From: Octopus sinensis
Lineage: Eukaryota
NCBI RefSeq assembly: GCF_006345805.1
Contig: NC_043010.1
Coordinates: 25,358,001 to 25,422,000 of the forward strand
DNA length: 64,000 bases
Reading direction: 5' to 3'
The position numbers were made by a program, and so were the translations under genes. This document shows positions 1 through 11,500 of this stretch, in pieces. The notes below the pieces were generated by a model. That model searched no databases and was not told the origin of the DNA. It was given only the letters and a program-made list of their open reading frames with translations. Each line of letters starts with the position of its first letter. The stretch's first letter is position 1.

Positions 1-2278
1 TATGAGAACCCGCGACTCACAGGCCATGGTCCAACCAAATCAAGGTGGATATGGCAAAAACAGGCTTCAGGAGAGGAAAATTGTCCAAGTGGAGCACGAA
101 CGTGTCTATGGACTTTAGCACTCTGGCACCTCAAACAAGAGCGTGCCCAAGAGGTAATTGATCGTCGCATATTGGGCCAGAAGAACCGAGCAGTAACAAG
201 CTTTACTGTGGCAGAGATACCTGGATGTGACAGTGAATGAAGAGCATCAAACACGGAACGTTGATGTTTCTCAGGTACTAATGGTCTAGGTGAACCGGTA
301 GAAACGTCACAAAGAATAGAGCCTTCCGCTGTAGGGAGCGGAAGGTAGTCAAACTTACAGTTAATAAACTTAGGCGAAGTTAAATCCAACTCCTCTAAAG
401 GTGGTTGATCCTGCGAAATAGCAGTTAAATCAATTGCTGCAGGAGAGGAAATGGAATTGACAGGGAGTCTAGAGAGAGCATCTGCAGGGACGTTCTCACT
501 GCCTGGCACATGCCTAATGTCACTTGTAAATTGAGAAATATAGTCCAGGTGACGGAAAGCACGAGGAGAGAGTTTATCCATTTTAGAAGATAAAGCAAAA
601 GTAAGGGGCTTGTGATCAGTATAAATCACAAACTCTCGTCCCTCGAGCTGGTGTTGAAAATGCCGAACTGACAGATAGATCGCTAGTAACTCTCGATCAA
701 AGGTACTATATCTGCGTTCAGCTGGCTTTAGCTGACAAGAAAAGAAAGCTAAAGGTTTAACTTCACCCTCTACGGTGTGCTGCAAAACAGCGCCAATTGC
801 AGACTCTGATGCGTCCACAGATAAAGTAAGTGGAGCATTAGGAGCCGGATGTGCCAAAATAGGGACTGAAGCTAGTTCCTTTTTAACCAACTCAAAGGCA
901 GACAGTGCTTCAGCCGAAAGAGTCAGACGGGCGTCCTTCTTGGAATTGCCCTTTAGCATTTGTGTTAAAGGTAACAACTTGTCCGCACACCGATCTATGA
1001 AACGTCTATAGAAATTTACTATGCCTAAAAAATGGCGAAGTTGACGCAAAGAAGAAGGTGGTGCGATGCGCTGAATAGCATCGACTTTGGATGTGAGTGG
1101 TTTGATTCCTCTCGAGTCAATATAATGACCGAGAAAATTAAGAGATGGTTGCCCAAAAACACACTTGTCTGGATTAATGCGAACACCATAGTCGCGAAGA
1201 CGCTGAAAAAGCTGAGACAAGTGCAGGAGATGATTTTCATGCGTATCACTTGCGATTAGAATGTCATCGACATACGCGAACACAAAATCCAGTCCGCGAA
1301 CAACTTCATCTATAAACCGTTGGAAAGTACTAGTGGCATTCCTCAAACCAAAACTCATAAATAAAAATTCGAAACAGCCAAAAGGAGTAGTAATTGCTGT
1401 TTTAGGAATATCGTCTGAGTTGACCGGTATTTGATGGTAGGCACGTATCAGGTCAACCTTAGAAAAAATAGTACATCCATGTAAATTTGCCGAAAAATCG
1501 TTTAAAATCCTTATGGAATATTTGTCTGGAATCGTCACCGAATTTAGACGCCGATAATCTCCCACCGGGCGAAAATCTGTATCCCCTTTTCTTACTAAAT
1601 GAAGGGAGATGCCCATGGACTGGTGGAGGGGCGTATCAGACCGAGCTGGAGCATGTGCTCAAACTCAGCCCTAGCAGTTTTAAGTCGATCAGGTGCAAGA
1701 CGCCTTGGACGTGAAAAAACAGGAGGTCCAGTTGTTGTTATAAAGTGTCGTGTCGAATGCAATGGCTTAGCCACCCTAAAGGTAACATCATATAGCTCTG
1801 GAAAAGAAGCTAAAAGAGAGTGAAAAACATCTCCAGATGTACCGACAAAAAATGTCGGGCTAAGAGCTAAATTGGTAGATTCTCCGGTCGGCGTGGAGAG
1901 TGTAGTCGAACTATCGACCAACCTCCGACGTCTGACATCTACCAACAAATCAAATTTATCCAGAAAATCCGCACCTAAAATAGGATGCGGAATGTCGGCA
2001 ATGACAAAAACCCATCGAAAGTCTCGTCGAAGACCAATATCAAGGCACAACGACATCTGACCGAATGTGGCTATTGGTGACGAGTCAATAGCGTGCAAGA
2101 TGACGTTAGATCGCTTTGGCCTGTCAGTTGTGCAATGCAGAGGCCAAATACTGCAACAAGAACCAGTATCTACGATGAAGTTTTTCTTCGACACTAGATC
2201 TTTAACAAAGAATGCACGATAACCAGAAAATGTTGTGGAGGAAGTTGACGTGCTCAAATTCTCCGAATCTAGTTTAAA
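1..2278 (-). CDS. pol: Pol (protease, RT, RNase H, start of integrase); one frameshift near 1604-1606; open to the window edge
   Basis: IVDTGS protease. Restoring one C in a C-run gives PWASPLHLV...GDYRRLN...YVDD...VDASE...ELLAI...TDHKPL...ADALSR...HSLSH/CLRC (HHCC)...HIHLDLVGP with no stop before position 1. Confidence 0.9.
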
Positions 2279-2997
2279 GACTTATAAGTGCATGGCTGTG
2301 TGCACCTATGTGCATTCTCTCCATACTTGGAGTGGTACCAACACAGTCCAGACTTAGACTGTGTTGATCTCGAGGATGAACGACTGCGACTTCGCGATTT
2401 TGAAGATCGCTTACCATCGCGACACATCGCGTCCATCCTTTTAGTGAGGGTTTCTATTAGTTTAGAAAGCCCCTCAATTGAGGCCGAAGAGGTCTGTGAA
2501 CAGGCACAAGCAGACCGTGACGATGGTTGAACGGCAAATTCAACCATCTTATCAGCCATCGTTGCTATTTGGTCCACTGTATTTGTCTCTAAGCCGGTTG
2601 CCAAAACGGTCTGTATATAGGCAGGCAACCTCGAAAAAAAAATCTTCCGAAGGAGGGGGGCATCTGATGCATTACCACTTAACTCCCTCAGTCTTCGTAA
2701 AAATTCTGACGGAGTTCTGTCCCCTAGTTGCTCATCTGCCATTAACTCGTTGAAACGACTTTCCTCGCTTCGTGTATTTCTTTTTTCAACCTCTAATTTA
2801 ACAGACGCATAAGTAGCGCCTGGACTAGGGTCTGTAATAAGGTCCCTTGCTGAAGATGCCAGTTGCGGCGGCATGCAACCATAAAGGATTTGCAACTGCT
2901 GCTCGGGAGTAATACTTTGTGCACGAAATTGTGCCTCTAACTGTGAAAACCACAGTGTGGCATCACCTGTAAAAGTAGGTAACGAACCCATAAACAT
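2269..2997 (-). CDS. gag: Gag with CHCC zinc knuckle
   Basis: 242-aa ORF; WFSQLEAQF N-terminal motif, LGDRTPSEFLRRLR, and CWYHSKYGENAHRCTQPC (CX2HX9CX3C). Confidence 0.9.
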   Translation of the reverse strand: MFMGSLPTFTGDATLWFSQLEAQFRAQSITPEQQLQILYGCMPPQLASSARDLITDPSPGATYASVKLEVEKRNTRSEESRFNELMADEQLGDRTPSEFLRRLRELSGNASDAPLLRKIFFSRLPAYIQTVLATGLETNTVDQIATMADKMVEFAVQPSSRSACACSQTSSASIEGLSKLIETLTKRMDAMCRDGKRSSKSRSRSRSSSRSTQSKSGLCWYHSKYGENAHRCTQPCTYKSLN

Positions 2998-3420
2998 TTT
3001 GTAGCCTTTTATTCACTAGATGACTCTGTCAAATGGAAAAAAGAAAAACTGACAACGAACCAACGCTGAACAGTCGCAACAAGGAAAAACAAAGGGAAAA
3101 AAGAAAGGAAGAAAGAAAGAAAGACCAACAATTGAACCAATAAATTTTGAATGTGCAATTTACAAAAAAAAAATGTTTTTTTTTTTTTTTTTTGTACTGT
3201 GTGCACAGAGAATAGAAAAATAATTCTTTTGTTTTTTTTGTTTTTACCAACCTTCGTCGCGTTTTAATCGAGAAAAAAAATTTCTTCTCTTTTTTTTTTT
3301 TCCGTGCGTGAGTGCAGATGAAGAAACAAACTGTTGAAAGGGACTAGAAAACAGGTTGGTCGTGTTTCAGACTTGGCAGAAAAACTGGATTTTTTTCTTT
3401 TCGTGAGTGTTCTCTGGAAC

Positions 3421-3433
3421 TTCGGGGTCACTA
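3421..3433 (-). promoter_or_regulatory. Primer-binding site, tRNA-Trp-like
   Basis: TAGTGACCCCGAA, 1 nt after the LTR end; near-match to TGGTGACCCCGAC, the complement of the tRNA-Trp 3' end. Confidence 0.75.
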
Positions 3434-3434
3434 C

Positions 3435-4011
3435 TGTAAGCAATATGTGAATATCTCCGCTTGCACTTTTGGGGTGCAAGTTGGTGCAATCACTTTCCGT
3501 TGCTTTTATATCCAGACTCTACCAGTCAAAGAAACACAAAACGCAGACGTAAAAAATAGATATACTTTATTGTTTTATACCGGTGAGAAATCAGTGGTAT
3601 ATCTGATGTCCTTGGTTCTGGGCGCGCAAGGCTGAAAGTTAATCGATTGTAATATTTACAATGTTCAGCCGCCAAAAACAGAACGGGTCAAAAATGGCGT
3701 CCGGGTGAAGAAGATGATTTGACTGCAACAATTCAGGTTAAAAGTCTTCGGCCAAAAGACTGCTGCTATCAAAACCGGAGAGAGAGCGAATTAAACGTCT
3801 GCTTCGATGAAAAGGCTGCCGCTGTCTGTCTGACGCTAATGGTCAACGCTTTATGCTCCCTTGCCTCTTTGTTAAGGCTCACGCTCCCTTGCTAAGGCCA
3901 CGTCAGCAAGGCCACGTCAGCTAAGGCCACGTCAGCAAAATTCCCTCTTTCGGACTTCGTGTATTCACGAGAGGGCGTTGCGCCCGCGCGCTGTTGTATA
4001 GGGTGACTACA
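3435..4011 (-). repeat. 5' LTR (577 bp)
   Basis: Begins TGTAGT at 4011 and ends CTTACA at 3435, just before the PBS. CpG-rich, AATAAA at 3566-3571, abrupt switch to TACA-type microsatellite at 4012. Confidence 0.85.
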
Positions 4012-4820
4012 CATACATACATTGCATTACATTGCAATACATTACATTACATACATATGTACATTGTGTATATATGTACATGTGTGTGAAGTGAAGGTGT
4101 GTGGATTTGTGGTTAGTGTATTTGGCTCCTGATCATAAGCTCGTGAGTTCAATTTCTGACAGAGTGTTGTATCTTTGAGCAAGGTACTTTATTTCAAGTT
4201 GCTCTAGTCCATTCAGCTAGGGAAAGTGAGTAGTACCTGTATTTCAAAGAGACAACACATTCTGTCATATTAGAACCGTATCAATGATCAAGCAATCCTG
4301 TATCACACGACAGTTTGTTATAGCTTATTAGTATTTATATTTTTTCTTGTTACAAACACTGAATTTAAGCATGATGGTTCATTATGTTAGACAGTAGTAG
4401 GGCAGCTTACCAGCTGGTGGTTAAATTACTACAAAGTTATTTGTGATCTTCCCAGTTGTAGAAGTCATACCTCAGCAGACAGTTGGAGTCTGGACAGCTT
4501 CCTGCTAGCCAGCTCCACATCAAACCATCCAACCCATGGCAGCATGGAAGGAGGATGCTAAATGATAATGACGATGATATGACAGGGACACAAGTATAAC
4601 TGTTAGATCATATTAGTAAACCATTTGTATAGCATTAATCAGATAGAATAAGAAACGAGACTTCTTTGGTTGAATCCATATATGCAAGTGAGTCTGTACA
4701 CATAAGTGTGTGTGTACTAACTTTTTGGTATAATGTATATGACAATGATGGCTAAAGATATTATTATGATGATGAGAATGCAAAAAGGAAAAACACATTG
4801 AATGAACATTTCCAGCTAAC

Positions 4821-5073
4821 CTGTTTTGTTCATCTTGTAACATGATCTGGCCTTTGTTCTTCTGTAGCAGTTCTTTTTTCCATTTGTTCATTGTGGCTGC
4901 CATGGAAGCTGGATCTTGTTCATCACCTGGCCGTAATGTGGCATTTATGTCCCATTCTTTAGAAGTTTCATGAAAATTAGGTTGTTTCCTTAGCATAGGG
5001 CTGGAAATGTACTTCTTCACCAAAGTTTTGTTAAATGCTTTACTTTGGATTTTTTGTCTTGAGTGTCCTGATG
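4821..5073 (-). CDS. UVSSA: UVSSA coding exon 9
   Basis: ...LRPGDEQDPASMAATMNKWKKELL...; acceptor ctataag| (alternative in-frame AG would start the exon at 5067); donor AG|gttagc. Confidence 0.82.
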
Positions 5074-8000
5074 CTTATAGAAGACAAATGAGAGAATAAA
5101 ATAATGTTAGATATTATAAGCACCAAATAGATACAAAATAAGTGAATCAGGCTTACCAACAGTATTCAAACTAGATAACTATCATTTACTGGGCAATTGT
5201 ACAAATAATAATAATAATGAAATTATTGTGTACAGAGCTCAGGTGCACTACAACTCATCGAAGGTGCACGTACAGTACATAGAATTATGTACAAAAGTCA
5301 GGAAAGTGAACAGTGTAAAATTAACGATATACATGTGTGCATGCGTATGGAGGGGAGGATATCAGGTGTAGCATTGGCAAATTTCAGGAAGCATGGAGGT
5401 TTTAAAGAATGCAATGTCTCAGCAACTGACAACTGATGCAGGTAGTTTGTTCCATGCTTCAGCAACTGTGAGTGTGAAAAATTTTTTTAATTAGTATATC
5501 CTTAAAATAGAAACAGACATTTTCTACAAAGCCACAGACGCCAAACAATACCTTCTCTTTAATTCATGCCACCCAAGACACACTAAAACAAACATCCCCT
5601 TCAACCTTGCAAGAAGGATATGCACAATAGTGTCAGAACAAAATACCAGGAACTTTAGACTGCAAGAACTCAAAAACACCCTAATTGACAGACATTACCC
5701 AGCTCAACTCATAGAGGATGGGATCAGACGTGCAACAGAAATCAACATAGAAACTTTAAGAAAAGTTCAACACAACAACACACCTTCCCCGAAAATACTA
5801 CCTTACATACAACCCCAGAAACAAAGAAGCCTTCACCATCATCACCCAGAATTTACCAATACTTCATAAAAACCCCAAATTAAAGGAAATTCTAAACATA
5901 CACCAAATCATTAAAAGCTACAAACAGCCCAAATCACTTAAAAAGATTCTCACAAAGGCAAAATTGTCTTCTGAAACTACAGATGCAAAAGTAAAAAAAT
6001 GTGGTAGATCGAACTGTGCAACATGTCCTAACCTGCTTGAAGGATCAGAATTCCTCTTTAAAGAGGGACAGAAATTCAAGATCAAATCTAACTTTACTTG
6101 TGCCTCTGAAAACATAATTTATGTCATAAAATGCTCGGGCTGCCACCAAGACTACGTGGGGTCCACGGGACTATCACTCAGACGTAGATGCACACTGCAT
6201 CGACAACAGATTGCATTCCCAGAATATAGAATGATACCTTTTAGTGAGCACATTGAGAAATGCGCAAAGCAACTACTACCACAATTTTTAATCTTTCCAT
6301 TTTACCAATGTGCTTTCGGATCATCAACACAAATTAGACTAAACAAGGAAACATTCTTCATTGAAAAGTACAAGCCCAGACTCAACCATCCGAACATACT
6401 GATACAGAGAAATTCACATTAAGGGAAAAGGAAAAAAAATTTTAAACGATTATCTCCCTTACACCGGAAGAAATCACCCACTACCTTCCCTTATTTAGAA
6501 CTCTCCGGAGCATAAACACAAGGATAACTCTATCCAACATAAACATAACGTCACAAGAAATTTGAAAAGCTAAATGCGAAACCGGTCTTTCTTTAAAAAT
6601 TGTCATTATAAAGAAAAAAAAAATTTTGTTTTAAAAATTTTCTAATATTCTTCAGACATATTGACGCAAATATATATATTTTTTAACATTTAAGCCTTCT
6701 GTCGTTTTTTCACTCTTTACTATTTTTTATATATTCACCCACGTGCTTTCACAAACCAACTTTCTTATCTATATATATATATATATATACATACACACAC
6801 ACACACACATATATATATATCACTATCTGGATGACTGTATTATCAAGTACACTACAGAGGATCTGCTATTCCCTCCTTTTCTCTCCAGTGAGGTACATAA
6901 ATCTATTTTCCAGTTGCTTTTGCCTTACAACTCTTTATTATTTTCACAAGGTAATTAATTACCTTATCAAGCAGGAGAGTTTATACTCCATGTTGAAATA
7001 CTATAGAGTACAGACTCTAAAGGACAAAATAACCATTTCCCGCTACAACTTGTCTCAATTCATTCATAAGAAGGGGAGTAGTTACTAGAAAGTTCTGAAA
7101 AACTGGAATATATTAGTCACAGTATCATTGTGACATCAATTGTTATTATTGCTGTAATTGTTAGACTTTTTTTTTCTCTCTTTTAGTCAGAAGGGAAAGC
7201 TGTACCTAAAGCTCTTTATGCAGTCATTCTGATGGTTAGGAGGAATGGAGGAATGCCTATAGCGGAGTGGACCTAGCTAAAAGCCTCCAAGTTGTCAGGT
7301 GTCATTCTTAACCCTTTATCACTCAGATTACTCTTCAAATGAATTGGCCTTTGCCTTTCTCTTGGCTAACATTGGCAGAATAGAGAGGGGAGGCTGGTAT
7401 GCATGGACGACTGCTGGTCTTCCATAAACCTCACCCAGACTTGTGCTTTGGAGGGTAATTTTCTAGGTACAATCCCATAGTCATGCATGATCAAAGGGAA
7501 TCTTTACTCTTTTTATACAGAGGCCATACACAAGTTTGCTTGATTAGGACTGACCTGAGGCTACATAACAACACAAAAATAAAAATAAAAAATAGAAATA
7601 AATATTTAAGAGCTAAAGCAAAATATATTTTAAAATATGTGAAAAGAGGAAAATAAGATTGAAAAATACTCAAATAAGTCATTTTTAAAAGAAGTGACCT
7701 ACCAGAGACATTCTTCAAATGTTCAGGTATGTCAGATTCATAACCTTCTTTTTCTTCAACTTCTTCAAAATCATCGTCATCTGTGAAAGTAGAATGTGGA
7801 AATTTGACATAAGATTGGATGCCTGTGTTTATGTGAGATACATGCATATGTGTATATATATACACGTGTGTGCATTTGTTTATGTGTGCATGTATGTATA
7901 TATGTGTGTGTATGTGTATATACATATATATACATATATATTTCTTTACTGCCTACAAGGGGCTAAACATAGAGGGGACAAACAAGGACAGACAAAGGGA

Positions 8001-11000
8001 TTAAGGGATTACATTGACCCCAGTGTGAAACTGGTACCTTATTTATTGACCCTGAAAGGATGAAAGGCAAAGTTGACCTCGGCGGAATTTGAAGGTGCTA
8101 GGTACCTTAACCGGAATATATATACATATATATACACCTAACTCCCCAGACTGCAACCCCCTTGATTATCATGTGTGGGGTGCAGTTGAGCAAGAGACCA
8201 ACAGAACTCCTTGTAATACCAAAGATGAACTGAAGGCAAGGATTATGGCAGCATTCACCAACTTAAAGGAGGAGGCCATTCAGAAGAGTTGCAGGAGATT
8301 CTGAAGTCGTCTGGAGGCCATGGTTGAAGCCAAAGGCAATTTTATTGAATAAATTTACTCTTTAGTATTTCAAGATATTTTTACATAATTTTTACGTAAT
8401 ATCTTTTAAAATGAGATGTCTGTGTTATTTTCATTTTTGCGTAATTTAGATGACCATATATTCACAGCACCCTATATATATAGGAGCTGGCATGGCTGTG
8501 TGGTAAGATGTTTGCTTCCTAAGCACATGGTTTCAGGTTCAGTCTCTCTGTGCAGCACCTTGGGCAAGTGTCCTCTATTGCAGCTTCAGGCTAAATGATG
8601 CCTTGTGAGTGGATTTGGTGGACAGAATCTGAAAGAAGCCTCTATATGTGTGTATTTGTCTCCCACTACTGCTTCACAACTGGTGTTGGTGTGTTTTATG
8701 TTTCTGTAACTTAATGGTTTGACAAAAGGGATTGATGGAATAAATACCAAGTTCACAAGGAAATAATAATAAGTACAGGGGTCAATTCGTTTGATGAAAA
8801 TCATTCAAGGTGGTGCCCCAAATAAGTAAAAGATAAAAGATATATATATGATGAACTTCCACACAGTTTTTGTTTGCCAAATTCCACAACAAGGCATTGG
8901 TGTACCCAGGGCAATAGTAAATGACAATAGCCCAACATACCATGCAATTGTACTGAATTCAAACTCATGTTTCAGTGCTCTGCACTTTCACAGATGAGTG
9001 GAATAAAACAAAATCTCCTTACTTGAAAAGACAAGTAGAGGTTAACAGCAGGAAAGGTATCAGGCTGCAAAAATAATACATCAGTAATATGTTCTCATCT
9101 TATCCATGCTAGCATAGAAAAACTGATGTAAAAACCAGATATACAAAAACGAATAAAGGTATATAAAGGCATCGGTCTGGGCAGCAGCCATCTATGCTAG
9201 ATCTGGTATTCTCCCGCTATCCAAGATCAGTGTCAGACGTATCTGTGTGCGCCCCTCTTGCCAAGAGTGATCATGTGGTCCTGAAGTTCGTCATGCACAC
9301 AACTTTTTCCACGCCCACAATTACTTCGCTGCCACGTAGAGTCTTCTCTGCAATTAATCTTGAAATTCTAACCGAGGCTTCCGCGCTTCTGGACTGGCGA
9401 TCCCTGATGACGTTGTCCTCAGTTGACGAACTATGGTCATCCCTCAAAGCATATGTAATCTGTTTGACTGACCAGGCAGTTCCCGTTGGGCTTCCCAAGA
9501 GGAAGAAACACAAACCCTGGGTGACGAAGAAGGTTAAACGAGAACGTCGACTCAGAGATATTGCTTGGGCTGAATTCAAAAATCTGGATTCGACTGCAGC
9601 TTTTGAGGTGTACAAAACTCAACGAGACCGAGCCGTGAAAATTGAAAAGAAAGAACGCTTCAGTTATGAATACAAAATCGCGGCAAATGCCAGTAGCAAT
9701 CCCAAAACCTTTGCCCATGTCCAGCGGAATTCCCGCTTGAACAACCAGATTGCAACGTTGGTAGACTCAACAGGCGTATCGATTGAGGACCCTTATCAAC
9801 AGAGTCAATTATTTGCCGAGGCTTTTTCAACTATTTTCAAACAAGATGATGGTCGTGAACCCCCTCCATTTGATAGATCGGTACCTCCAATGCTTCGATT
9901 GATCATCACGCGGGACGAAGTCAAACGTGTTATTCAAGGCCTCGATGTCAACAAGGGTCACGGCCCTGACGGCATACACCCACGGGTTATCAAAGCGTTG
10001 GCTCCGGTCATCTGCGAGCCCTTAACATGACTATTCAATATGTCATTGGCGACGGGTGTTATACCTGCAGACTGGAGAACAGCGATAATCTGCCCAATTT
10101 TCAAGAAAGGGAGCCGCGAAGACCCGCTTAACTACCGACCGGTTTCCCTTACATCAATAATCAGCAAGATGTTCGAAACCATCCTTAAGAAAAGTATGAT
10201 GCTCCACCTCTTAAACACAGCCTCGATCTCCTGATTCCCAACACAGCTTCGTGCCGAAGAGATCATGCTTGACCAACTTACTAGTAATGGAAGAATTGGT
10301 GACGCGCATCCTCGATGATAGTGATGCTGTTGACATCGTTTTATTGGACTTTGCCAAAGCTTTTGACTCGGTAAACCACCGCCTACTACTTGTCAAGCTT
10401 CAAGCATATAGTTTCCATCCGGATATTGTACGATGGGTTGGTGCCTTCCTCTCAGATCGCTCCTTCCAAGTTCAAGTTAATGGTTCGCGGTCCGACGTCT
10501 CCAGTGCGAGCAGTGGCGTGCCTCAAGGTTCAGTGCTTGGGCCCTTGTTGTTCTTAGTCTTCATAAATGACTTGCCCGACGACCTCACGCAACACACCCT
10601 TCTATTTGCCGACGATATCAAACTGGTCGCTCCTCGCGGTAGTATAGAAGATCTTCGTCAATGCCTCCACCAAATTTGGAAGTGGTCTAACGATTGGGAC
10701 CTGTGTCTGAACGTGTCAAAGTGCTGTCATCTGCCTGTCGGCTCTACTCCTGCAACTCAACTTGATTTCGAGCCGGGTCGTCTGCTGCTGGAGAGGACCG
10801 ATCAGGTAAAGGACCTGGGTATCTTGGTGGATTCCTCCTTTTCGCCTTCAGCCCAGTGCATCCATGCTGCCAACAAAGCGCGCGGAATTCTGTTTTTGAT
10901 TCGACGGTCATTCGGAATGCTCACAGCAGCCATATTCCTGCCACTCTATGTCACGCTGGTGAGACCCATATTGGAGTATGGGATTCAAGCCTCTTCACCT

Positions 11001-11469
11001 TATCTCCTCAAAGACATACAGCATCTCGAAAGAGTCCAGAGGCTGGCTACCCGCATGGTTCATGGTCTCAAAAATTTGTCCTACGAAGAAAGGCTGAGGA
11101 CGCTCGACCTTTATTCTCTTGAAAAACGCCGCCGCCGTGGTGATCTCATTCTCGCCCACAACATCATAAGCGGGAAGTGTAACCTCTCGAAAGAGCTGTT
11201 CTTCACTCCTGCTCCGGAGCGTGGGCTGCGGGGTCATTCCGAAAAGCTCTACCTGCGATGATTTCATCTCAATCGAAGGAGAGGAGCTTTCTCCGTCCGG
11301 GTTGCAGATCCGTGGAACAAGCTGCCAGACGAGATGGTGAAGATGCCGACGACCGCTTTGTTCAAAGCCTCCCTGGACCTCAAGTGGCCTGAACTCTTTA
11401 CATGAACACCACCCTGTACTTAACTCCATGTCCCCCTACATGGCCTTGCTATTTGCTTTTGAGCCAAAT

Positions 11470-11500
<31 letters not shown>

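Larger units (their letters stand above)
1..4011 (-). mobile_element. Ty3/gypsy LTR retrotransposon, CsRn1/Boudicca/Kabuki-type; near-intact, continues beyond the window start; inside a UVSSA intron in sense orientation
   Basis: Order 5' LTR-PBS-gag-PR-RT-RNaseH-IN. The CHCC gag motif and tRNA-Trp-like PBS are hallmarks of this clade. Confidence 0.93.

Noticed and set aside
9168-11500. Horizontal-transfer origin of the GC/CpG-rich LINE
   Set aside because: Young age alone explains the composition; a phylogenetic search would be needed and was not possible.
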